From the IMG/VR virus record IMGVR_UViG_3300020045_005812, positions 1 through 30,057 of that record: a stretch of 30,057 nucleotides of DNA; one strand, 5' to 3'. Made by a program: the position numbers and the translations under genes. The notes under the pieces are model-generated. The model searched no databases and was not told the DNA's origin. It saw only the letters and a list, made by a program, of their open reading frames with translations. Shown here in pieces: positions 15,863-23,679 of this stretch. Within the stretch, counting starts at the first letter, position 1. Each line of letters starts with the position of its first letter. Source of the stretch: a virus. Lineage: Duplodnaviria; Caudoviricetes.

Positions 15863-16717
15863 TTAGAAAGCCTCGCAGGACTCACTGCACGAGTTTAATT
15901 TTTGATATTTAGCAAGCTTTAATATTTCTTTATCTGATAATCTGGACATTTCCGCAATATCATGAGTTGATTTATTTCCTCTATAGAAATTAAAAGGAGG
16001 TTTTAAACCTGTATTTCTAGGGTTAAATAACCCATATTTATCTTGCATTGCAGTCCACCAGTTGAAACTTATTTTATTTCGCCTGTAGTTTCGTATGAGT
16101 CTAGGAAAATCTTTTTTCCAGCAATTATCACAATTGCCTTCGTCATCATGTACTTTTAAATCAAAATGCTGTACCTGCCACCAGTCTATTATCTGTGATT
16201 TAATCATTTCTAAGTAATCCCACCTATTTGAAGAAATTAAAGGGTATATTATACGATCTTTAATATATGTGTTTGAAATTCTGTCAATTTCATCGCTTCT
16301 AATTCCTATTGCAGTATAATATTTTTTAAATTTTATTTGTCTCAAATAAGCTTTTATTGTTCTGTTTTTTAAGATGGTGCTGCAAAACGGTGTGTTAGTT
16401 GAGGGTATTCCAACATGAGCAATCATTTCTTCAAAAGGCTCTCCGTTTCTGCTGGCTGTATAAAAATTTACTATTTTTGGATTTACTTTCCATCCTTTTT
16501 CAGATCCTGCTCTATATTCTACCCAAACAATAGGAATATTAAAATTTATTCCAAACTCGTAAACAAATTTTAAAGTTTCTTCTGATTCTTTTCCAGTATT
16601 AGCAAAAACAACTTTCATATTATATTTTTCTTGGTAATTAATATTGTTCCAAATCCAATATAACATAAATGCAGAAGTTCGCCCACCGCTAAACGATATT
16701 AATAAATTTTCTTTCAT
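15863..16717 (-). CDS. PAPS-reductase-like (PP-loop, Fe-S) protein (284 aa)
   Basis: ISFSGGRTS PP-loop, VFANTGKE, FCS..LK, IGIRSDE, YPL, GNCDNCWKK, C-terminal SCSESC. Confidence 0.85.
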   Translation of the reverse strand: MKENLLISFSGGRTSAFMLYWIWNNINYQEKYNMKVVFANTGKESEETLKFVYEFGINFNIPIVWVEYRAGSEKGWKVNPKIVNFYTASRNGEPFEEMIAHVGIPSTNTPFCSTILKNRTIKAYLRQIKFKKYYTAIGIRSDEIDRISNTYIKDRIIYPLISSNRWDYLEMIKSQIIDWWQVQHFDLKVHDDEGNCDNCWKKDFPRLIRNYRRNKISFNWWTAMQDKYGLFNPRNTGLKPPFNFYRGNKSTHDIAEMSRLSDKEILKLAKYQKLNSCSESCEAF

Positions 16718-18375
16718 AAGTTGTAATGTTTATCAAGCTTCGACTTTATTTTCCCGATAATATAAGCTTTGGTTCGTAATTGCGTACCTTGTAATTCGCT
16801 TCCTTGAATCGAGGCGTAAGGCTCTTTTATAATATTCCTCATGCTGATTTCAAATTTTCCGTTATCCTGAACCCTTGAATAAGTTCCTAGCGTAACACCA
16901 TGCCTAATAAACAATTCCATGATCTGATTTTGAAGTATAGCCCATGCGAAACTTTTTTCACGCCCTACCCGTGTCACGTACTCCACAATTTTTTTGCCAT
17001 TGGGTAACGGTATTTCGTCAACCAATACAGCTACTTCTTCAGAACTTATCTTCACTCGCTCTGTTGGCGGTTTTATCACATGTCCACAAATATAACATTC
17101 GTTATCAGTTCGCATCAATAAACTGCCACATTCAGGACATTCTTTTGTTTGATCCAGTGGCTCTTTTTTTGGTTTCGGCTTTTCGTCAGTACCATAAAAA
17201 ATATTTTTCCAATCATATTCATCTGACCATTTCCCAGAATTACCGTATTTTTCAGCAAAGTATCTCATGTTCCCGCCCCCGTCAATATGTTTAAAATACG
17301 GCTTGTATATGTCTGAACATTTTCTACCAGCACGCCCGACCATCTGTAAATATAATGACAATGATAATGTAGAACGATTTATTATAACCGCCTGTATCGT
17401 TGGTTCGTCAAATCCAGCGGTTAACACATCGCAGTTCAAAAGAATTGCGTCTGGTGTTACTCTGTACCATTCCAAAATAGGATCAACTTCAGACTTCTTT
17501 GTATTTACACTGTCAATCATTCTGATATTTTCGTAACCAGCGTCAATAAAGTCGTTATAACATTTCAAGTTCGTGCTTGTAGAACTATTGAAAATAATAG
17601 TTTTTTCACCAAAACAAATCTGCTCATAATTTTTCACTACATTGAACTCACCGAAATACTGTTCAGTACTTTTTTTATCGAAATCTCCTGTCTTTGCATC
17701 TACTTGAAATTCTGAACGATTAACAGACCCGACTTCATAATTCAGATCACGAACCAATTCACCATCTTGTATGAGTTCGGAAATGCTTTTCCCTATCACG
17801 ATATGCCCGTATGTTTCGCTGTAGTGGAATTTTCTAGTGTATTCGTATGTTTCCAATCTACAGCAAGTCGTAACAGTATCGTGTTCTTTACTGCATACTG
17901 AGCATTTACTGAACGTTACTTTTTTGAGCGAAATAGGTGTAGCAGTTACGGCCAATATTAGTGCGTCTGGAAAATAATTAAAAATATCCTTATGCATATC
18001 CAAATGTGCCTCATCAATCACAATCAAACCAATATCTTTGACGAATAGCGGATTATCTGCCAAACGGTTTTTAATGGTTTGGATCATTGCAACGTATGCG
18101 TTACTGCTGTGCTGTAGTGATTTTTTAGAAGCTATTACGCTTTCGCTTGTAACCCCGATTGTGCGCATAGTTTTAAGCGTTTGCTTTATCAGTTTGTCAC
18201 GATGTGCCAGAACTAAAACACGCTTTCCAGTATTTTTTATAAATTGCTTTGATATAAAAGAAAACATTGCAGTTTTGCCGCCTCCTGTAGCAAGTTGATA
18301 AAGTACACGTTTTTCAGTCTGGAACGCTTGGAAAATTTCGTCAATGTCTTTTTTTTGATATGGGTATGGCTTCAT
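16714..18375 (-). CDS. SF2 DEAH-box helicase with zinc fingers, RadD/YejH-like (553 aa)
   Basis: PYQ motif, LATGGGKT, IDEAH, TATP, LTAGFDEP, QMVGRAGR; CPEC...CYIC and CSVC...CC zinc-binding motifs. Confidence 0.92.
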   Translation of the reverse strand: MKPYPYQKKDIDEIFQAFQTEKRVLYQLATGGGKTAMFSFISKQFIKNTGKRVLVLAHRDKLIKQTLKTMRTIGVTSESVIASKKSLQHSSNAYVAMIQTIKNRLADNPLFVKDIGLIVIDEAHLDMHKDIFNYFPDALILAVTATPISLKKVTFSKCSVCSKEHDTVTTCCRLETYEYTRKFHYSETYGHIVIGKSISELIQDGELVRDLNYEVGSVNRSEFQVDAKTGDFDKKSTEQYFGEFNVVKNYEQICFGEKTIIFNSSTSTNLKCYNDFIDAGYENIRMIDSVNTKKSEVDPILEWYRVTPDAILLNCDVLTAGFDEPTIQAVIINRSTLSLSLYLQMVGRAGRKCSDIYKPYFKHIDGGGNMRYFAEKYGNSGKWSDEYDWKNIFYGTDEKPKPKKEPLDQTKECPECGSLLMRTDNECYICGHVIKPPTERVKISSEEVAVLVDEIPLPNGKKIVEYVTRVGREKSFAWAILQNQIMELFIRHGVTLGTYSRVQDNGKFEISMRNIIKEPYASIQGSELQGTQLRTKAYIIGKIKSKLDKHYNL

Positions 18376-18378
18376 ATT

Positions 18379-18585
18379 TTACACAAAATATTTTATATGA
18401 ATACCGTACCAATAATTCCAGCCTTGTCTGTTATTCTGCATATCAAAACCGCCTATAAGTACACCGTGCGTACTGCATTTATTACCTAAAGACCTACTCA
18501 ATCCTAAAGGTGATTTTCTGAGATTCTCCATCGCTTGCAATCTTTTTTTAAGCGGTAATTTTTGTAAGTGTTCTTTTCTGGTCAT
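18379..18585 (-). CDS. Hypothetical protein (68 aa)
   Basis: Operon-packed ORF; ACTTATC upstream of the start. Confidence 0.7.
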   Translation of the reverse strand: MTRKEHLQKLPLKKRLQAMENLRKSPLGLSRSLGNKCSTHGVLIGGFDMQNNRQGWNYWYGIHIKYFV

Positions 18586-18606
18586 TTTTGATAAGTTTTA
18601 AAATGA

Positions 18607-18828
18607 TTAATAATATTCTTTGTTGAAGCGTTCCAATACCATTTCCATGGACAGTCCATTATTAAAAACACACGGATTGTTGTGTGTGTATCTAGCAAAA
18701 TTAATCGCGTGATCATTTGCTAATTTAGCCGCTGCTTCGGCTTTGCTTCTGTTGCAATATTCGTAATTAATATTTTCAACAACTTCTTTTACAAATTTAG
18801 TTCCTAGTCCTGTTCTTATTTCATTCAT
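18607..18828 (-). CDS. Hypothetical protein (73 aa)
   Basis: Operon-packed ORF. Confidence 0.7.
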   Translation of the reverse strand: MNEIRTGLGTKFVKEVVENINYEYCNRSKAEAAAKLANDHAINFARYTHNNPCVFNNGLSMEMVLERFNKEYY

Positions 18829-18839
18829 ATGATAAATTT

Positions 18840-19292
18840 TTAAAATGGTATATAATCTTCGTGATCTTCTGGTAATTCCGTCACATGCTTGTCGTGACTG
18901 TGATATTTTTCAATATTGGCTAAATTAGAACGTATTTCTATATTCCAAATATGATAACCAAACTCATTTTTTACTCTATCAAGAGTACAGTTCCTGCCTC
19001 GCATACCTTTTTTAATAATATACCCAGTGCGTTGGCAAAATTCCCTAAACTCTTGAAGTGTAATAGTAAATTCTATGCCAACACCGTTACGTCTTTTCTT
19101 CGCGTTGCCTCGGAAATTTACAAACCTATCATAAACAGGATCAACTATACGCCTATGTATATGGTAATGCTTATGACACAAACCTCGTTTCTTTGCGCTA
19201 GGTTTGCTTTTACAGTTATAAGCACAGCAATATATACCTTGTTCTTTTTTGATAGCGGAAACGACGAATTTTAGCGCTTTGGGTACAAACAT
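18840..19292 (-). CDS. Putative HNH-type (beta-beta-alpha) endonuclease with N-terminal Zn finger (150 aa)
   Basis: C...C...GLCHKHY; AKKR.GIEFTIT..EF; TLDRVKNEFGYHIWNI resembles the S.DRIDN..GY...N motif. Start 19292 chosen from the TAATG overlap. Confidence 0.7.
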   Translation of the reverse strand: MFVPKALKFVVSAIKKEQGIYCCAYNCKSKPSAKKRGLCHKHYHIHRRIVDPVYDRFVNFRGNAKKRRNGVGIEFTITLQEFREFCQRTGYIIKKGMRGRNCTLDRVKNEFGYHIWNIEIRSNLANIEKYHSHDKHVTELPEDHEDYIPF

Positions 19293-19537
19293 TATATTTC
19301 GATTTTTATTTCTTTTTGTCCACATGGAGAAAATCCGTACCAAATCAAAAAACGATCTTGATCTTGTGTCCAGATATAGTCTTTATATTCAATGCCAGCT
19401 TTTATTCTAGCAATATCCATATTAGAATATATCTGAACTTTTCCGGCTCCAACGCGTTCAATTTTTAATTCATGAACTATACTTCTTAGTTTAGAAAAAC
19501 TAATCTTGAAGTACTTTAAAGCTTCATTAGCTCTCAT
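19292..19537 (-). CDS. Small DNA-binding protein, MerR/excisionase-like HTH (81 aa)
   Basis: ANEALKYFKISFSKLRSI HTH followed by a wing and YS..DIARIK. Confidence 0.6.
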   Translation of the reverse strand: MRANEALKYFKISFSKLRSIVHELKIERVGAGKVQIYSNMDIARIKAGIEYKDYIWTQDQDRFLIWYGFSPCGQKEIKIEI

Positions 19538-19710
19538 TTTCTCAAAGTTTCAATTGCTTCTTTAATTTTTCTTTCAGTCTCAAAAGATTTAGGCTCTTTT
19601 TTTCGCCAATTGTAAAATGTATCGTTAGGAACTTTCGCTTCTCTCAACACGTCAAAAGGCTTTAATCCTGCCTCTTTTATTTCTTTCTGCAATTCATCAT
19701 GTTTTGTCAT
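19534..19710 (-). CDS. Cro/XRE-like HTH protein (58 aa); absent from ORF track
   Basis: MTKHDELQKEIKEAGLKPFDVLREAKVPNDTFYNWRKKEPKSFETERKLKEAIETLRK; ATGA-coupled on both sides. Confidence 0.75.
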   Translation of the reverse strand: MTKHDELQKEIKEAGLKPFDVLREAKVPNDTFYNWRKKEPKSFETERKIKEAIETLRK

Positions 19711-19874
19711 ACTATTTCTGTTTTATAAGGGATTACTTTTTTATCAGCATATAAATCGGCTGCTTTTCTTTTGGCTTGTTTTTCATCGTCAGCCTCTACT
19801 GTTTCAATTTCTGAATCTTTTTCGCTTTGGCCGTTACTATAATAACGAAACCATACTTGTACATTATATTTCAT
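19707..19874 (-). CDS. Hypothetical protein (55 aa); absent from ORF track
   Basis: MKYNVQVWFRYYSNGQSEKDSEIETVEADDEKQAKRKAADLYADKKVIPYKTEIV; ATGA-coupled on both sides. Confidence 0.75.
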   Translation of the reverse strand: MKYNVQVWFRYYSNGQSEKDSEIETVEADDEKQAKRKAADLYADKKVIPYKTEIV

Positions 19875-20245
19875 GATTTTAATATTTCGAATTTACGTTC
19901 AGGTTTTATTTCTCTAACCACATCGAATTTTCTAAGATTCATTTTTACCGTGTAGCCGTATTTATTTTTGAACGTAACAAATTGATGCCATTCACACGAA
20001 TAAATAGTACAAACCAATGTGCAGAAATGATTTAAAACCTTATACGTATTTCCTGCCGTAGTAGATCTACCTGTCTCTTTAGCTAATATCATACTAGAAG
20101 GCAAGGTTTTTGGTTTATTTTCTAACATTAATTTTCTTTCAGCTGCTAAATCAGATTGTACTTTTAATTTTTCCTTAGTACCTAATGCCATATACCAGTT
20201 AGGCTTCAGATCTTGAATTGTTTTTTTATTGTAAGTTGTTTTCAT
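19871..20245 (-). CDS. Hypothetical protein (124 aa)
   Basis: First gene of the leftward operon; ACTTATC directly precedes the ATG. Confidence 0.8.
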   Translation of the reverse strand: MKTTYNKKTIQDLKPNWYMALGTKEKLKVQSDLAAERKLMLENKPKTLPSSMILAKETGRSTTAGNTYKVLNHFCTLVCTIYSCEWHQFVTFKNKYGYTVKMNLRKFDVVREIKPERKFEILKS

Positions 20246-20265
20246 GATAAGTGATTTTTATATGT

Positions 20266-20292
20266 CGCAAATATAATACTTATTTTTACGTA
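20266..20292 (-). promoter_or_regulatory. Leftward promoter (-7 TATATTTG); 27-bp repeat copy 2
   Basis: Identical to 12302-12328; lies in the divergent intergenic region. Confidence 0.8.
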
Positions 20293-20322
20293 AAAAAGTT
20301 TTTTTATTCAAAAGTTTTGTTT

Positions 20323-20330
20323 TAGGTTTG
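20323..20330 (+). promoter_or_regulatory. Rightward -7 element TAGGTTTG for the recombination operon
   Basis: Exact TAnnTTTG 29 nt before ATG 20360. Confidence 0.7.
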
Positions 20331-20359
20331 CGTCATATTAATTATAAAAAATTTATACA

Positions 20360-20725
20360 ATGGAAGTTATTGGAAAAATTAAGTACAAATCTGGAGATAT
20401 CCAGGTGACAGCAAGTTTTAAAAAATCCGAATTGGTAGTAACCACTGACGAACAATACCCACAACACATTCTTATTGAATTTGCACAGGATAAATGCGAT
20501 TTAGTTGACCCGTATCAGATAGGGGAGCAAGTAAAAGTTTCTATTAATTTACGTGGTCGTGAATGGGTTAATCCACAAGGAGAAACTAGATATTTCAATC
20601 AAATACAAGGCTGGAGAATTGAAAGAGTTGCTGGTGCGCCAACTATTGCGCCAGCGATACCTCCAGCACAGGCTTTCGCACCGTCAACAGATTACAGTAA
20701 CGATCCTGATGATTTGCCGTTTTAA
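20360..20725 (+). CDS. DUF3127-family OB-fold protein, probable ssDNA-binding protein (121 aa)
   Basis: FKK.ELVVTTDEQYPQ.I.IEF.QDK...INLRGREW...YFN.IQGWRIE with an acidic DDLPF tail. Confidence 0.88.
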   Translation: MEVIGKIKYKSGDIQVTASFKKSELVVTTDEQYPQHILIEFAQDKCDLVDPYQIGEQVKVSINLRGREWVNPQGETRYFNQIQGWRIERVAGAPTIAPAIPPAQAFAPSTDYSNDPDDLPF

Positions 20726-20726
20726 T

Positions 20727-21275
20727 ATGGAAATATTAATAACAGACATAGAGACTACTGGATTTCTTCAGCAAGGCGGTAAAATAGTAGAAGTAGGTAT
20801 AGTATCGCTAAACCTACTTACTGGAGAAAAGAAAGTTCTGTTTGACCAAGTTTGCCACGAAAGACCAATCACTAAACAGGAAGTTGAGGAAAGTTGGATA
20901 GTAAAAAACTCAAACCTTACTTTGGAAATCATTCAGAAAAGCAAACAACTATCTCATTACATTCCTTGGCTTAACGAAATCTACAAAGCTTATCCATTGG
21001 GAGGAACTGCATTTAATAATGCTTTCGATAATTCATTTTTGAAAAGCCGTGGTGTTATTTTGAACAAAGAATTGCCGTGTCCAATGAAGCTAATGACCGA
21101 CGTTTGCAAAATTCCAAGTCCAAAAGGGGGTTATAAATGGCCAAACGTAGAAGAAGCTCATAAACATTTTTTTGGTGATGTTGGTTATATTGAAGATCAC
21201 CGAGGTGCTTCGGATGCTTGGCACGAAGCAGACATAGTTTGGGAATTATACAAAATGGGAATATTTAAACTTTAA
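20727..21275 (+). CDS. DEDDh (DnaQ-like) 3'-5' exonuclease (182 aa)
   Basis: ExoI DIETTG, ExoII AFNNAFD, ExoIII HRGASDA; KWPN..E motif. Start reassigned to ATG 20727. Confidence 0.88.
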   Translation: MEILITDIETTGFLQQGGKIVEVGIVSLNLLTGEKKVLFDQVCHERPITKQEVEESWIVKNSNLTLEIIQKSKQLSHYIPWLNEIYKAYPLGGTAFNNAFDNSFLKSRGVILNKELPCPMKLMTDVCKIPSPKGGYKWPNVEEAHKHFFGDVGYIEDHRGASDAWHEADIVWELYKMGIFKL

Positions 21276-21287
21276 TACTTATCAAAA

Positions 21288-21818
21288 ATGGAACAAACAA
21301 GAACGGACTGGAGAAAATTTAGAAAGTCCACGCATTTAGCCAGCGCAGATCTGGAAATCATGCAAACAGAAGGAAGATCAATGATTTTTAGAATCATAGA
21401 AGTAAGGCGTGAATTTCAAATGGTCAACGGTGTAAATACCGAAGGCGAATTTTGTAAGCTTGAAGGCGTTGAAAAGTATTTCAAGCTAAACACTAAAAAC
21501 AAAAAACAGATCGCTGTTTTTGCTGTTAAGAACGGTATTGCACCAGAGGATAAAAACGTTATTGAATACTGGTCAGGCTTGCTATTAGAGCTTTATATTG
21601 ACCATAATGTTAAGTTTGGTAGCGACATTGTTGACGGTATCAGAATTAAGCCATTACAGCCAGTAATTACAAAAATATTACCTGTCTTTCAAGAAGCAAA
21701 CTTTGAGCCAGCACACAAGGCAAAAGCAACGATTGAAACAATAAAAAAACATTATTCAGTAACTCCAGGGATGGAACAGAAATTTATTCAATATGTCAGA
21801 GCAAATACAACAGCGTAG
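21288..21818 (+). CDS. Hypothetical protein, candidate ssDNA-annealing partner of the exonuclease (176 aa)
   Basis: Lies between SSB-like/DnaQ-like genes and overlaps the YqaJ gene; no family recognised with certainty. Confidence 0.7.
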   Translation: MEQTRTDWRKFRKSTHLASADLEIMQTEGRSMIFRIIEVRREFQMVNGVNTEGEFCKLEGVEKYFKLNTKNKKQIAVFAVKNGIAPEDKNVIEYWSGLLLELYIDHNVKFGSDIVDGIRIKPLQPVITKILPVFQEANFEPAHKAKATIETIKKHYSVTPGMEQKFIQYVRANTTA

Positions 21819-22551
21819 CCCAGAATGGCACAAACAGCGTGCGAAAAAATTCACTGCGTCAAAAATCGTCAATCTATGTGCTGGCGGTTCCAGAAAAATG
21901 ACCGAAGAAGAATTAGCGCAGCACAAAATAGATTTTCCGAAATCCAGAAAAACTACTACTTGGGATATTCCTGAAGGATTAAAAACTTATGCGCTTGAAA
22001 AGGCTATAGATTTTTTTGTCAATCCTGATGAAGATTCTTATTTGTCTGAAGCTGTCGAGAAAGGCAAGGAGTTAGAGCCATTGGCTTTTGAAAAATTCAG
22101 GTCGTTAAAGGCTACAGAATTTTTAGAAGTTACAGAAGCTGAATTTATATCAAATGATGATGTAAGCGGGTCTAGTCCAGACGCATTAGTAAGCAATAAT
22201 TCAGTTGCTGAATTCAAATGCCCGAACAAAACAACTTTCTTTAGAATAGTACTGACTGGAGAAATTGAAAAAAAGTATTTCTTTCAAATGCAAAAACAAA
22301 TGAAAGATACTGGAGCTACACAGTGTTATTATTTTCCTTACTACATCCAAGATGGCGAAGAATACTGGCATGAAATTTTAGTCCCTCGTTGCGAAGAAAC
22401 GATAGCTTTGATTGAAGAAAGAATTTTGATTGCTGTAAAATTACGTGATAAATATGTGGAGCAAATAAAAAAGAATGCTCAGTGGTTGCCAAAAAACGTA
22501 AATGAAATAAAAGTTTTTGATCCAACAGTAATAAGTAACGAAGAATTTTAA
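21793..22551 (+). CDS. YqaJ/lambda-exonuclease family recombination nuclease (252 aa)
   Basis: QRSPEW..QR...FTAS, G.ELEP.A, SSPDALV, EFKCP, Y..QMQ.QM. Confidence 0.9.
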   Translation: MSEQIQQRSPEWHKQRAKKFTASKIVNLCAGGSRKMTEEELAQHKIDFPKSRKTTTWDIPEGLKTYALEKAIDFFVNPDEDSYLSEAVEKGKELEPLAFEKFRSLKATEFLEVTEAEFISNDDVSGSSPDALVSNNSVAEFKCPNKTTFFRIVLTGEIEKKYFFQMQKQMKDTGATQCYYFPYYIQDGEEYWHEILVPRCEETIALIEERILIAVKLRDKYVEQIKKNAQWLPKNVNEIKVFDPTVISNEEF

Positions 22552-22559
22552 TATCTTTG
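22552..22559 (+). promoter_or_regulatory. -7 element TATCTTTG with no downstream ORF
   Basis: Exact TAnnTTTG immediately after the YqaJ stop; terminator stem begins 29 nt downstream. Confidence 0.55.
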
Positions 22560-22562
22560 TCA

Positions 22563-22623
22563 GGATAAGTTTTTTTTGGTTAGTATGAAAAATCCCGCTC
22601 ATTGATTTGTAGCGGGATTTTTT
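22563..22623 (+). ncRNA. Candidate small regulatory RNA (~60 nt)
   Basis: Promoter - GATAAGTTTTTTTTGGTTAGT - terminator with no credible ORF; the 5' part is complementary to several start regions. Confidence 0.5.
22588..22623 (+). terminator. Rho-independent terminator, likely bidirectional
   Basis: AAAAATCCCGCT/AGCGGGATTTTT 12-bp stem at the convergence of two operons. Confidence 0.85.
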
Positions 22624-22628
22624 ATTCC

Positions 22629-22654
22629 AAAAATAAACCCGCATTTTGCGGGTT
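22629..22654 (-). terminator. Second rho-independent terminator
   Basis: AACCCGCA-TTT-TGCGGGTT stem with T-rich flanks, downstream of the 22-aa ORF. Confidence 0.75.
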
Positions 22655-22660
22655 ATTTAT

Positions 22661-22729
22661 TTAAAATTCTGACGGAGTTAATTTTTTGCCTCCAAATAAT
22701 TTCCAAGAAATCCAGTTGTAAATTTTCAT
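22661..22729 (-). CDS. Candidate 22-aa peptide MKIYNWISWKLFGGKKLTPSEF
   Basis: A-rich start (TTTAAAAAACAATATCATG), lying between a sigma54-like promoter and a terminator. Confidence 0.5.
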   Translation of the reverse strand: MKIYNWISWKLFGGKKLTPSEF

Positions 22730-22761
22730 GATATTGTTTTTTAAAGTTATATTAATTATAT

Positions 22762-22778
22762 TTCAAATACCGTGCCAA
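22762..22778 (-). promoter_or_regulatory. Sigma54 (-24/-12)-type promoter TTGGCACGGTATTTGAA
   Basis: TGGCACG-N4-TTG(A) with exact GG-N10-G spacing; intergenic; -12 is GA instead of GC. Confidence 0.6.
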
Positions 22779-22779
22779 A

Positions 22780-22935
22780 CTACTTCTTAACCTTGATATT
22801 TAAACTATCTTTTACAGAAATAATTTTTTTTATCCATCTAAGCCAACGCCCAACACGTGTTTTTGGTTCTGAATCTGATATTAATGCACCTCCTACGCTT
22901 ATAATTTCGTCTATTGGTAATTTTTGATTTTTCAT
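22780..22935 (-). CDS. Cationic amphipathic 51-aa protein coupled to the endolysin; absent from ORF track
   Basis: MKNQKLPIDEIISVGGALISDSEPKTRVGRWLRWIKKIISVKDSLNIKVKK; ATGA overlap with the endolysin stop. Confidence 0.7.
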   Translation of the reverse strand: MKNQKLPIDEIISVGGALISDSEPKTRVGRWLRWIKKIISVKDSLNIKVKK

Positions 22936-23366
22936 AATGTAAAATATTGTTTAATTTCTGAATCTCTACGTCCTTTTAATTCTGGGTTTTTAGTCCACAT
23001 AAGAAATGCGTCTTTTATTTTTAGGTCGTTAGGATTAATGTTTACTTTTCGCAATACAGTACTATTTCTAAATCCAGTTATCCCAATATTATAAGCCAAA
23101 GAAACCAAAGCATTAAATTGATTTTGGTTTACTTTTGATTTTAACAGCGAATCTACTTGAAAAGCGAATTTGTCAGCCGTAGCACTTGCTAAATTACCAG
23201 CTTCTTCAATAGTTAATTTTCTGTCCCACATCGTTACTTTTCTGCCATCTAAATAGTAAGTATTACCCATTGCTATAGTTGGCACTCCTTTAGTGTCTAA
23301 ATAAGGCTTTAATCGAAATCCTTCTCTTTGGTGTAGTTCTTTATATCCGTTGCTACTTAATTTCAT
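22932..23366 (-). CDS. Endolysin, GH24 phage lysozyme (144 aa)
   Basis: E-8x-D-5x-T triad (EGFRLKPYLDTKGVPT), NQNQFNALVSLAYNIG, L..RR..E...F. Confidence 0.92.
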   Translation of the reverse strand: MKLSSNGYKELHQREGFRLKPYLDTKGVPTIAMGNTYYLDGRKVTMWDRKLTIEEAGNLASATADKFAFQVDSLLKSKVNQNQFNALVSLAYNIGITGFRNSTVLRKVNINPNDLKIKDAFLMWTKNPELKGRRDSEIKQYFTL

Positions 23367-23376
23367 AATTTATTTT

Positions 23377-23679
23377 TTATTTTGTAAGCAAATAAACAAT
23401 ATAAGCAGAAATAATACCTACAATTGTTTTTATTATGTTTTTACTGAATGTTAGATTTTCTTTTAGTAAAGCTATTTCATCTTCTGTCTTTTCCATTCTA
23501 TCAGAAATGTCTTTAATCCTATGAATCACTCCTATACCACCCGTATATTCACTTCCTACTATAGCCGTCTTTATAAGCCCCATGTCTGTAGATATTGTAC
23601 TGTTACTATCTTTAAGTAATTTTAAATGATGTTCCATTCTTTCGAACCTAGCATCATTTAGTATTTTTTCGCTCTCCAT
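23377..23679 (-). CDS. Coiled-coil protein with C-terminal TM helix, holin/XhlA-like lysis accessory (100 aa)
   Basis: Topology and position directly upstream of the endolysin. Confidence 0.6.
   Translation of the reverse strand: MESEKILNDARFERMEHHLKLLKDSNSTISTDMGLIKTAIVGSEYTGGIGVIHRIKDISDRMEKTEDEIALLKENLTFSKNIIKTIVGIISAYIVYLLTK

Noticed and set aside
188-19274. Plus-strand ORFs of the track lying opposite minus-strand genes (e.g. 849..1109, 13491..13835, 16944..17294, 18951..19274)
   Set aside because: Antisense shadows of well-supported genes, with no motifs or start signals.
20553-20726. N-terminal extension of the exonuclease ORF from GTG 20553
   Set aside because: Overlaps DUF3127 in another frame; the DEDDh motif begins right after ATG 20727.
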